Shown here one piece after another: positions 29,094-37,941 of a DNA stretch of 64,000 nucleotides. The translations under genes were made by a program, and so were the position numbers. This DNA is from Candidatus Latescibacterota bacterium (GTDB lineage Bacteria > Latescibacterota > UBA2968 > UBA8231): positions 3,680,001 to 3,744,000 of the forward strand of contig CBDCDC010000002.1 in assembly GCA_965215195.1 (NCBI GenBank), in the 5' to 3' direction. Each line of letters opens with the position of its first letter. The stretch's first letter is position 1. A model generated the notes under the pieces. That model saw only the letters and a program-made list of their open reading frames with translations. It was not told the origin of the DNA and searched no databases.

Positions 29094-29156
29094 ACCTCCA
29101 AGCTGATCAGAATAACGGTAGGCAAAATCAATAACTTATTACACTAGCAGGCGGTA

Positions 29157-30596
29157 CTAGGCGTAATTCGCCGCGTTCCACGCCCCCACCAAAAACGCCG
29201 TGCGATACTGCCGCGTCGAGATCAGCCAATGGCACAGGCGTTTCTCGCACTGCGCGACGATCTCTCGGTACGCCGGCTCGCCGTACAAATTGCGGGCCTC
29301 GTGCGGATCGGCCTCCAAGTCGTAGAGCTCGCCGCAGTCGGCCCCGAAATCCTCCGGCTGATAGTGGACATAGCGCCACTTGCCCCAGCGCAGCGCCTTG
29401 CTGTGCCGATGCTCGGTGACCGCCACCTCGTGTACGGGATTAGTGCCGCCCTGCAAAAGCTCGCTGATATCCGCCCCGTCCATGCCCTCCATTGCCGGCA
29501 GACCGCACAATTCCATAAACGTCGGAGCCAAATCGACATTTTCCACCAGCGCATTGCAAACCCGGCCCACAGCCGCAACGCCCGGCACTCGCCAGAGCAT
29601 CGGCACCCGACACACGGCCTCTGAGCATATCCCGGGGGCCTTTTCCTGAATGCCAAAAGCAGTGCTGTACGCGCCGTGGTCGGAATTATAGACGACGATT
29701 GTATCTTCGGCCAAGCCGCGTTCGTCGAGGTAATCCAGAAGACGACCAATGCAGTAGTCAACCTGCGTCACGCAGCCCAGATAGCCGCGCCAGATGTTGC
29801 GCGCCCCCTCCTCCGGCGACCATGCCTCCCCCTCCCAAGCCCGCTGGAACCGCGCGTGCATGTCGCGGAAGTGCGGCGGGCGTCCCGACGGATCTTGGTA
29901 GTAGGTCTCCGGCAACGCGATGTCGTCTGCATACATATCCCAGAACTTCTGATCCGGCGTATAGGGCGCGTGCGGTCGCGGCAACGAGACCTGCATACAG
30001 AAAGGGTCTCCCGCGCAGCTATCCATAAATTCAATCGCCCGATCCACGCACCAGCTCTCGACATTGTACTTTAGCGGCAGGTCCGATGGCCGGGCGCGGA
30101 ACTGGTTTTGGGGCAGGCCAACCGGGTGGCGGGCTGGGTAGCCGGTGATGCGGAAGTTGTCGTTTTGCTCCAACAAACCGGCACCCGCCAGAAACGTTTG
30201 ATACGGCGACAGACCACCCGCGGCCGGCACCGGGGTTGAGGTGCCAGACATCCAGTAGTCAACGTGGTGCAAAAGCCAATCGCGCGGCTGGTTGGGCACG
30301 TGCGTCTTGCCGATCACCGCCGTCTTGTACCCGTGCTTCTTAAAATGCCCGAGAAAACTCTGCATCCCCTCTGGACGCGGCCCGCCCAAACCGAAGAAGC
30401 CGTGGTTGTGGCAGTACTGTCCCGTGTAGATACTCATGCGGCTCGGAGTGCAGATCGGATTCTGGGTGTACGCCCCTGAAAAGCGCATACCTTCGCTGGC
30501 CAGCCGATCCATGTTGGGCGTGAGTGCCTGCGCGTGGCCTTCGCAGCCCATGCAGGCCGCTTGGTGCTGGTCGGAGAGGATGTGCAGTACATTCAT
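29157..30596 (-). CDS. Formylglycine-dependent sulfatase (choline-sulfatase-like)
   Basis: SDQH, CTPSRMSIYTG (CxPxR), GKTH, PHAPY, SDHG, ELYDLEADPHE. Confidence 0.93.
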   Translation of the reverse strand: MNVLHILSDQHQAACMGCEGHAQALTPNMDRLASEGMRFSGAYTQNPICTPSRMSIYTGQYCHNHGFFGLGGPRPEGMQSFLGHFKKHGYKTAVIGKTHVPNQPRDWLLHHVDYWMSGTSTPVPAAGGLSPYQTFLAGAGLLEQNDNFRITGYPARHPVGLPQNQFRARPSDLPLKYNVESWCVDRAIEFMDSCAGDPFCMQVSLPRPHAPYTPDQKFWDMYADDIALPETYYQDPSGRPPHFRDMHARFQRAWEGEAWSPEEGARNIWRGYLGCVTQVDYCIGRLLDYLDERGLAEDTIVVYNSDHGAYSTAFGIQEKAPGICSEAVCRVPMLWRVPGVAAVGRVCNALVENVDLAPTFMELCGLPAMEGMDGADISELLQGGTNPVHEVAVTEHRHSKALRWGKWRYVHYQPEDFGADCGELYDLEADPHEARNLYGEPAYREIVAQCEKRLCHWLISTRQYRTAFLVGAWNAANYA

Positions 30597-30642
30597 AGAA
30601 AAGCTCTTCTTTGCGAGGGTGGGAGGCAATTCCTAATTCCTA

Positions 30643-30909
30643 AATGCCGCCATCCGCATCGGTCCGTGGAAACTAGTCTGCGAAACCAGTGGCCAAGGCG
30701 GTTGGGATCTCTACAACATGAAAGAATTCAACGATTTAGCGGAGCGGAAAAGCGAGAGTTGCAGAAGTGGAAAAGCGCTACCGCGAATGGGCAGAGCGCG
30801 CCGATGTCCTGCCTTGGCCCATCAGCCCTGGCGCGTGGAAATTCCCCGGTATGCAGCGGGCCGGCACCTTCTACATGCGAGACCGGCACGGCCATAAGAT
30901 AGCGGCGGT
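30643..30909 (+). pseudogene. C-terminal remnant of an arylsulfatase, frameshifted
   Basis: NAAIRIGPWKLV..WDLYNMKEFNDLAE, then a frame change to RVAEVEKRYREWAERADVLPW. No start codon or N-terminal part. Confidence 0.7.
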
Positions 30910-30950
30910 TGGCTCCAAGCCGATGTCCAAGAATCATGGCGGCTCTCTCG

Positions 30951-32513
30951 TCAGTGCAACAGCGTCAGCTTGTGCGTCTCGATAGCCCCATCGACCGAAA
31001 GCACCAACAGATACGTGCCCGACGCTTGGAACTGGCCAGTCTCGTCGCGCCCATCCCAGACGAATTGGTAGGAACCCGCCGGACGCCGTGCTTCTGTGGC
31101 CAGCACCCGCACTTGTTGCCCCAGTTCATTGTAGATACGCACCGCTACGGATGCCGAGTGTTCCAAGTCGAAGGCGACGGTGACGGCGGCATTGAACGGA
31201 TTGGGATACAGGCGCAGGGAGGGCAACGCTTCTTCAGCAAGGCTCGCCGACGCCTGCGCCTCGACGGCCTCGACGGCTGTGGGCACTCCCCGCTCGCTGA
31301 CCCCACAGATGCGGCGCAACTGCGAAAACTCTCCCCCGCCCCAATAGATGCTCCGAAAAGACTCCAGCATCAAGACTAGAAGATCGCCTTCGGGCGTCAG
31401 CAGCAGGCGAAAAGGCCACCAAATCGGGGCCTCCAAGGCCGGACCGCCGTCGCCGATATGGTCTTGGCAGCGATGCTCCGACAACCGCTTTCCAGCGACC
31501 ACCCGTTTCTCAACAGCCGCACAGCCTCGAACAGAAAAGTAATCTCGTCCGTTGCCAGCGATGGTTTCGATGATGCCGGCCGGCCGGACCCGATGAATGC
31601 GGTGGAAATTAAAATTGGCAATATACAGGGCACCCTGTTCGTCAATCACTAGGTCCGCTGGGAAGTGGAAGGGGGCTTCAGTCGCCGGTCGTCCTTCGGC
31701 CCCAAAGTAATACCGGCCGCCTTCCACGACGAGGCTATCCGGGTCCCTCCCCGAACCGGCCACGACGTCAATGACACCGTCGGCCGACCGGCGAAAGACC
31801 TGATTGCCCCGCGTAAAATACAGCCTCCCTTGCTCATCCATGATCAAGGCCGTTACCGACTCGGCTTTCACTAGCGTAGAGACCATCCCTTGCCCATCAA
31901 TGCGCCGGATCCCCCCGGTGCCGGCAACCAACAGGTGGCCTTCAAGATCGAACACCAGCGAACCGATGTAGCCAAACTGCGCCTCTTTCGCTGGACCGCC
32001 ATCGCCATCGGAGCCATATTCGCCGGTTCCGGCAAAGGTGACCACCTGCCCATCGGCGTCCAGACGTGCGATGCGCGACAGCCTCCGTCTTCCTCCATCG
32101 GACCACGCCCAGTTGACATGATCGACAAAGTAGAGCCGCCCTTGCCGGTCAAAGGCCATCGCGCCCGGCGCAATGCGGGCCTCTAGGGCCGCGATGCTGT
32201 CTTGTAAGACATTGTCCCTTCGTTCCTTGCGGGTCTGCGGCACCCCGACGATGCGGGTGGCCGTGCCATTGGCTTCGAGGCGGTAGATCAGCGAGGCGTC
32301 GGCCACATAGACGCGCCCCGCCGAGTCTAACGCCAAGCCAAAGGGGAGATAGCTCTTATGGTCGCCAAAGGCGGCCAAGTAATCGCCGTCGGGAGCGGTC
32401 ACGGTAGTGACGGTGCCCGGCGCTCCACACGGCGGCAGTGCCCACAGAGGCAGCCCTAGAGACAGCAGCCCCAATACGGCGATGAGCACCCCAAGCCGAT
32501 GCCTAGCAAGCAT
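30951..32513 (-). CDS. Secreted NHL-repeat (teneurin-like beta-propeller) protein with T9SS-A/FlgD-like C-terminal domain, copy 1
   Basis: Signal peptide; ALDSAGRVYVAD, FAGTGEYGSDGDGGPA, IETIAGNG; YPNPFNA..IYNELGQQVRVL..WDGRD..ASGTYL..KLTLLH. Confidence 0.88.
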   Translation of the reverse strand: MLARHRLGVLIAVLGLLSLGLPLWALPPCGAPGTVTTVTAPDGDYLAAFGDHKSYLPFGLALDSAGRVYVADASLIYRLEANGTATRIVGVPQTRKERRDNVLQDSIAALEARIAPGAMAFDRQGRLYFVDHVNWAWSDGGRRRLSRIARLDADGQVVTFAGTGEYGSDGDGGPAKEAQFGYIGSLVFDLEGHLLVAGTGGIRRIDGQGMVSTLVKAESVTALIMDEQGRLYFTRGNQVFRRSADGVIDVVAGSGRDPDSLVVEGGRYYFGAEGRPATEAPFHFPADLVIDEQGALYIANFNFHRIHRVRPAGIIETIAGNGRDYFSVRGCAAVEKRVVAGKRLSEHRCQDHIGDGGPALEAPIWWPFRLLLTPEGDLLVLMLESFRSIYWGGGEFSQLRRICGVSERGVPTAVEAVEAQASASLAEEALPSLRLYPNPFNAAVTVAFDLEHSASVAVRIYNELGQQVRVLATEARRPAGSYQFVWDGRDETGQFQASGTYLLVLSVDGAIETHKLTLLH

Positions 32514-32526
32514 GGTGGCCCTCCCG

Positions 32527-34248
32527 TCAGTGTAGCAGCGTCAGCTTGTGCGTCTCGATAGCCCCATCGACCGAGAGCACCAGCAGATACGTGCCCGACG
32601 CTTGGAATTGGCCAGTCTCGTCGCGCCCATCCCAGACGAATTGGTAGGAACCCGCCGGACGCAGAGCCTCCGCGGCCAGCACCTGCACTTGCTGTCCCAA
32701 TTCATTGTAGATACGCACCGCTACGGATGCCGAATGCGCCAAGCGGAAGGCGACGGTGACGGCGGCATTGAACGGGTTGGGATACAGACGCAGGGAAGGC
32801 AACGCTTCTTCCGAGACGCTCGCCTCGGGGGCTTCCTCAACCGCCTCGACGGCTGTGGGCACTCCCCGCTCGCTGACCCCACAGATGCGGCGCAAATGCG
32901 AAAAGGCCCCTCCTGCCCACATAAAGCCCCCCGTCGACATCGCGACTAACAGATCGCCTTGGGGCGTCAGCAGCAGGAGATAAGGCCACCCGATCGGGGC
33001 CTCCAGGGCCGGACCGCCATCGCCAATGTGGTCGCGGCAAACAGGCCACTCCCACTCCTTGTCAGCCACCACCCGCTTGTCGGCGGCCAAACAGCCTGGC
33101 GACCTCCTGAAGTCCAGTCCGTTGCCAGCGATGGTTTCGAGGAGGCCGTCGGACCGGACGCGATGGATGCGGTGGAAATTGTTATTGGCAATATACAACG
33201 TACCCTCGGAGTCGATGGCTAGGTCTGTAGGAAAGTAGAGAGGAGCTTCGGTCGCCGGTCCGCCATTGGCGACAAAGTACCCGCCTAAGCGTTCTTCCGA
33301 TTCCCACTCCCCTTCCAACGCGGCGTTGCGCATGGCCCTACGGTCGTCCCGATTAAAAGGGTCGCCCCAATCCGACCCGGCCACGTGTTCGATCGCGCCA
33401 TCGGCAGGGCGGCGGAAGACCTGAGTTAGCGTCCTAAAATACAGTCTGCCTTGGCCATCTATAGACAGGGCTCCTACCCAAGGTGCCTCCACTAGTGTGG
33501 AGACGACCCCTTGGGCATCAATGCGCCGAATCCCTCCATAGCCCGAAAATAGCAGACGGCCCTTCTGATCGAACACCAGCGAATTTATGGCACCGAACTC
33601 GAACGGACCGGCAAAGGTGACTACCTGCCCATCTGTCTCCAAGCGTGCGATGCGTGCCTTCGCCTTCTCTTGGCCGGCAACCGAAAATATCTGCCACCCG
33701 TTGACATAATCGACAAAGTAGAGCCGCCCTTGCGGGTCAAAGGCCATCGCGCCCGGCGCAATGCGGGCATCCAGCGCCGCGACAGTGTCTGCCAAGACAT
33801 TGAAACGCTGCAACAGCGGGGGCCGATGCGTCGTTGTTTCATCGTATCCGAGGGGATGGCTGGCGTAGTCATAGTCGTCCTCGCTGTACGAGATATGATA
33901 CTGGGGTACGCCGACGATGCGCGTAGCCGTGCCATCGGCTTCGAGCCGGTAGATGATCGTCTGGTCGGCTACGTAGATGCGCCCTTGGGGGCCTATGGCC
34001 AACGCCTGCGGATAGTAGCTGTGGTACTCCGGCGCGGCGACCTTGTCGGCCGGGCCCCCTACGGTTTCGTACTGTATCGGCGGGTAGATCGTGTAATCGC
34101 TGAAGGCGGCGAGGTAGTCGCTGTCGGGGGCGGTCACGGTGGTGATGGTGCCCGGCGTACCACACGGCGGCAGCGCCCACAGAGGCAACCTCAGAGACGC
34201 TACCCCCAACACGGCCAAGACAGCATAGAGCCGATGCCTAAAAACCAT
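32527..34248 (-). CDS. Secreted NHL-repeat protein with T9SS-A/FlgD-like C-terminal domain, copy 2
   Basis: Same architecture as copy 1; start MVFRHRL at 34248 after SD GGGAGG. Confidence 0.88.
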   Translation of the reverse strand: MVFRHRLYAVLAVLGVASLRLPLWALPPCGTPGTITTVTAPDSDYLAAFSDYTIYPPIQYETVGGPADKVAAPEYHSYYPQALAIGPQGRIYVADQTIIYRLEADGTATRIVGVPQYHISYSEDDYDYASHPLGYDETTTHRPPLLQRFNVLADTVAALDARIAPGAMAFDPQGRLYFVDYVNGWQIFSVAGQEKAKARIARLETDGQVVTFAGPFEFGAINSLVFDQKGRLLFSGYGGIRRIDAQGVVSTLVEAPWVGALSIDGQGRLYFRTLTQVFRRPADGAIEHVAGSDWGDPFNRDDRRAMRNAALEGEWESEERLGGYFVANGGPATEAPLYFPTDLAIDSEGTLYIANNNFHRIHRVRSDGLLETIAGNGLDFRRSPGCLAADKRVVADKEWEWPVCRDHIGDGGPALEAPIGWPYLLLLTPQGDLLVAMSTGGFMWAGGAFSHLRRICGVSERGVPTAVEAVEEAPEASVSEEALPSLRLYPNPFNAAVTVAFRLAHSASVAVRIYNELGQQVQVLAAEALRPAGSYQFVWDGRDETGQFQASGTYLLVLSVDGAIETHKLTLLH

Positions 34249-34262
34249 GGCGGCCCCTCCCA

Positions 34263-35912
34263 TCAGTGCAACAGCGTCAGCTTGTGCGTCTCGATAGCCC
34301 CATCGACCAAAAATACCAGCAGATACGTGCCCGACGCTTGGAACTGGCCAGTCTCGTCGCGCCCATCCCAGACGAATTGGTAGGAACCCGCCGGACGCCG
34401 TTCCTCTGCGGCCAACACTCGCACCTGCTGCCCCAGCTCATTACAGATACGCACCGCTACGGACGCCGAATGCGCCAAGTCGAAGGCGACGGTGACGGCG
34501 GCATTGAAAGGATTGGGATACAGGCGCAGAGCAGGAAACGCTTCTTCAGCAAGGCTCGCCGACGCCTGCGTCTCAACCGCCTCGACGGCTGTGGGCACTC
34601 CCCGCTCGCTGACCCCACAGATGCGGCGCAAATGCGAAAACACCCCTCCGGTCCACCCCATAATACTCTCCACCGGCATCGTGACTAACAGATCGCCCGC
34701 AGGCGTCAGCAGCAGACGCTCAGGATGCCAGATCGGAGCCTCCAGCGCCGGACCGCCATCGCCAATGTGGTCGCGGCAGTGTTCTGCCACCTCCTTCGGA
34801 GCGTTATTACAGCCTAGTGAAAAACTAGAATCCAGTCCGTTGCCAGCGATGGTTTCGATGAGGCCGTCGGGACCCACCCGATGAATGCGGTGGAAATAGT
34901 AATTGGCAATATACAAGCTGCCCTGTGCGTCGATCGCGAGGCTGGCTGGGAAGTCTAAAACGGCTTCGGTCGCCGGTCGGCCTTCGGCCCCAAAGCGCCG
35001 ACGCCATTTGCCGTCGAACTCCTCGCCGACGAACCTATCCTCCCCCGAACCGGCCACGTGCTCAATCCCCCCATCGGCTGTGCGGCGGAAGACCTGATTA
35101 TCCATCGTAAAATACAGCCCCCCTTGCCCATCCATGACCAAGGCCCATATCTGGTCTGCTTCTACCAGCGGGGAGATGATGCCTTGCCCATCAATGCGCC
35201 GAATACCCCCATCGCCAGCGACTAGCAGGTGGCCTTCCCGATCGAACACTAGCGAACCGGTGTAGCCAAACGGGGCTGGACCGGCAAAGGTGACCACCTG
35301 CCCATCGGCGTCCAAGCGTGCGATGCGCACCAGCGTCGGCAATCGTTCTTCGGTCCGCCTCCGGTTGACATAATCGACAAAGTAGAGCCGGCCGTGCCGG
35401 TCAAAGGCCATCGCGCCCGGCGCAATGCGGGCATCCAATGCCGCGACGGTGTCCGCCAAGACATTGAAACGCTGCAACACAGGGGGCTGAGAAGTATGCA
35501 GCTCATCGTATCCGAGGGGATGGCTGGCGTAGTCATAGTCGTCCTCGTTATGAAAAATGCTATACTGGGGTACGCCGACGATGCGGGTGGCGGTGCCATC
35601 GGCTTCGAGGCGGTAGATGATCGTCTGGTCAGCCACATAGATGCGCCCTTGGGGGTCTAAGGCCAACGCCTGCGGATAGTAGCTGCGGTACTCCGGCGCG
35701 GAGACCAAGTCGATAAGGCCAAGTACAGTTCCGTACTCTACCGGCGGGTGGATTGTGTAATCGCTGAAGGCGGCCAAGTAATCGCCGTCAAGAGCGGTCA
35801 CGGTGGTGATGGTGCCTGGCGCACCACACGGCGGCAGTGCCCAAAGAGGCAACCTCAGAGACGCTACTCCCAACATGGCCAAGACAGCATAGAGCCGATG
35901 CCTAAAAACCAT
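34263..35912 (-). CDS. Secreted NHL-repeat protein with T9SS-A/FlgD-like C-terminal domain, copy 3
   Basis: Same architecture; true start MVFRHRL at 35912. The ORF-track extension to 36020 reads through the upstream stub out of frame. Confidence 0.88.
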   Translation of the reverse strand: MVFRHRLYAVLAMLGVASLRLPLWALPPCGAPGTITTVTALDGDYLAAFSDYTIHPPVEYGTVLGLIDLVSAPEYRSYYPQALALDPQGRIYVADQTIIYRLEADGTATRIVGVPQYSIFHNEDDYDYASHPLGYDELHTSQPPVLQRFNVLADTVAALDARIAPGAMAFDRHGRLYFVDYVNRRRTEERLPTLVRIARLDADGQVVTFAGPAPFGYTGSLVFDREGHLLVAGDGGIRRIDGQGIISPLVEADQIWALVMDGQGGLYFTMDNQVFRRTADGGIEHVAGSGEDRFVGEEFDGKWRRRFGAEGRPATEAVLDFPASLAIDAQGSLYIANYYFHRIHRVGPDGLIETIAGNGLDSSFSLGCNNAPKEVAEHCRDHIGDGGPALEAPIWHPERLLLTPAGDLLVTMPVESIMGWTGGVFSHLRRICGVSERGVPTAVEAVETQASASLAEEAFPALRLYPNPFNAAVTVAFDLAHSASVAVRICNELGQQVRVLAAEERRPAGSYQFVWDGRDETGQFQASGTYLLVFLVDGAIETHKLTLLH

Positions 35913-35926
35913 GGCGACCCCTCTCC

Positions 35927-36031
35927 TCAGTGCAGCAGCGTCAGCTTGTGCGTCTCGGTAGCCCCATCGACCGAGAGCACCAACAGATACGTGCCCGACG
36001 CTTGGAACTGCCCGTCCCATCGGTAATACAT
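35927..36031 (-). pseudogene. 34-aa collapsed copy of the NHL gene (start plus end of the C-terminal domain only)
   Basis: SD GAGGAGG, then MYYRWDGQFQASGTYLLVLSVDGATETHKLTLLH*; near-identical to the 3' ends of the three intact copies. Confidence 0.75.
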
Positions 36032-36193
36032 AGCACGACCTCCTCGTCGATTAAAACCGCCGGTCAGACCAGCGGTCGTAGATGGGCATTTCTCTGGTGC
36101 GATTAAGCCGCTGGACTCAAGCGCACAGAGGCTTGTTGCGGCGGATTAACATAAATCCTCAAGCGATTTATAGCCACTGGTTCTCGTCCAAGT

Positions 36194-37864
36194 TCACCGG
36201 CCCGCCGCCGACCGCCGGACCCCCACCTTCCTGTAAATCTCCGCGCGCACCTCGTAGATTTCCCGCGCCTCTCGGAGCATCTCCGCCCCGCCCCGCTCCA
36301 TCCATTCGGCCACAAAAGCGTCGAAATAGTCGAGGTCGCGCTCGCCGCGCACGATTTCGGCGTAGGCCGTCATCTGCAAATTGCGCAAATCGCGCAAATG
36401 CTTGATCGACGAGGGCACCACGTCCGGCTTGCCGAACAGGCCGGCCTGCGCCCACTCCGGGTGCTGATAGCGCTCGCGGTGTTGCAACATGGCCGTCGGC
36501 AGGTACTTGTCGGCAATGGCGGGCCGGACCCCGCAGGGCGAGAAAAAGCCGCCCGGGCCATCGACGTTCAACGTGGTCAGATGCTTGAGGGCGACGTTGC
36601 GGTCGTCGTAGGGCGGCAGATGGTACAGGCCGCGCTCAGGGTCGAAGTCCCAATGCACGCCCCGCTGGCCCATCCGCACCTCGACAAAGAGCGTTTCCTC
36701 AACAGCTAGCGCCTCGAAAATTTTGAGCATCCGCACGACCTTTTCAGGCGCTGCGGCCACCTGCTTGCCGAAGACAAAGACGTGGGCAGCCGTGCTCCAC
36801 ACCCGCCCCCCGCGGAGGCCTTCGGGGCCGGCCGGGAACGGCCCGACCACCACCTCGGCACCCGGCTGCAACTCGGCAATGACCGATACCAACGAGGCCT
36901 TGTTGTACGCGTCAAAGCTGCCGTAGCTGCCGTAGCCGAAGAGATAACCCGTCTTGCCACTGACGAATTTTTGGTAGGGCATTGGGCTGCTCTTGATTTG
37001 GCCGATCGCAAAGTCCGGGTCAATCAGCCCGTCGGCGTACCACTTGCGCAAAAAGCCCAGTATCTCTTTGACCTCGGGCCGAGTCCCGCCCCACACGACC
37101 TCGCCGTCGTCCAGCATCCAGCCGTGCGGCACGATCCCGTAGGCCCCGAAGACCTCGCCAAAGACATTGAACCAAGCCTGCGCGTTGGGACACATGCCGT
37201 AGGTGTCTCGTATCCCATTGCCATCCGGGTCCTCGTGGCGAAACTTCCACAGGGCCGCGTACATCTCGTCGAGCGTTGCCGGCACTTTGTCGATGCCGAC
37301 GTTGCGCAGCCAGTCCATCCGCCAGATTCCCGGCACTGGATAGCCGAGGCTACTGCCCCAAGTGGGGATGCCGTAGTTGGCCCCCTTCCAGTAGGCGTAG
37401 AGCCAAGCCGAGGGCGCGTACTGGTTGAGATAGCGCACGTAGTTGGGCGCGTGTTTTTGGATGACCTCGTAGGGAATGGGCAACGCATAGCCGTGGTGGG
37501 CGTCCTTTTGCACCACGACCGGATCGCCGGCGTAGAACAAATCGGGCACATTGCCGCCGGCAAAGACCAGCGGCCGACGCCGCATATAGGCGAAATGGCT
37601 GGTGAACAGGGGCTTGAATTCGACGTTGAACCGCGCTTCGAGCCGCTTTTCGATCCAAGTCCCCTCGCGTGCGGTGGGATGGCGCGGGATGCTCATCCAA
37701 GAGATCTCGAGCCGCTCGGCCGGGTCATCGACGACCGCATCCCAGTCGATACTCAGCTCGGCCTCTGTCGCCTGTATCCTCCGCGCTTGCCGCTCGGCGA
37801 GGGCATACACAGCGCTGATGCCGGCGAAAAACGCCAACAGGGCGAGAATTTTTCTCCGCGTCAT
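36194..37864 (-). CDS. Extracellular solute-binding protein (LplA/YtcQ-like)
   Basis: WRMDWLRNVGIDKVPATLDEMY..FRHEDPDGNGIRDTYG; WYADGLIDPDF; FDAFVAEWMERGG. Confidence 0.88.
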   Translation of the reverse strand: MTRRKILALLAFFAGISAVYALAERQARRIQATEAELSIDWDAVVDDPAERLEISWMSIPRHPTAREGTWIEKRLEARFNVEFKPLFTSHFAYMRRRPLVFAGGNVPDLFYAGDPVVVQKDAHHGYALPIPYEVIQKHAPNYVRYLNQYAPSAWLYAYWKGANYGIPTWGSSLGYPVPGIWRMDWLRNVGIDKVPATLDEMYAALWKFRHEDPDGNGIRDTYGMCPNAQAWFNVFGEVFGAYGIVPHGWMLDDGEVVWGGTRPEVKEILGFLRKWYADGLIDPDFAIGQIKSSPMPYQKFVSGKTGYLFGYGSYGSFDAYNKASLVSVIAELQPGAEVVVGPFPAGPEGLRGGRVWSTAAHVFVFGKQVAAAPEKVVRMLKIFEALAVEETLFVEVRMGQRGVHWDFDPERGLYHLPPYDDRNVALKHLTTLNVDGPGGFFSPCGVRPAIADKYLPTAMLQHRERYQHPEWAQAGLFGKPDVVPSSIKHLRDLRNLQMTAYAEIVRGERDLDYFDAFVAEWMERGGAEMLREAREIYEVRAEIYRKVGVRRSAAGR

Positions 37865-37872
37865 GGCACCCT

Positions 37873-37913
37873 AAAAAAACAAGGGAGGCAGATCGAAAGC
37901 GATCTACCTCCCC
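37873..37913 (-). terminator. Rho-independent terminator
   Basis: Minus strand GGGAGGTAGATCG-CTTT-CGATCTGCCTCCC followed by TTGTTTTTTT, downstream of the stop at 37942. Confidence 0.85.
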
Positions 37914-37941
37914 AAGTTAAATCCGAAAACTACCGGGCCAG

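Larger units (their letters stand above)
30911..36020 (-). repeat. Tandem direct repeat array of ~1.6-1.7 kb units (3 full plus 2 partial)
   Basis: Near-identical blocks such as CAGCGTCAGCTTGTGCGTCTCG recur at about 30960, 32536, 34272 and 35936. Confidence 0.9.

Noticed and set aside
34263-36020. 585-aa version of NHL copy 3
   Set aside because: The first 36 aa are an out-of-frame reading of the upstream stub; the signal peptide starts at 35912.
30951-36031. Diversity-generating retroelement (35927-36031 as template repeat)
   Set aside because: No reverse transcriptase or Avd gene is present. The repeated segment is the most conserved part of the genes, and the differences are not adenine-specific.
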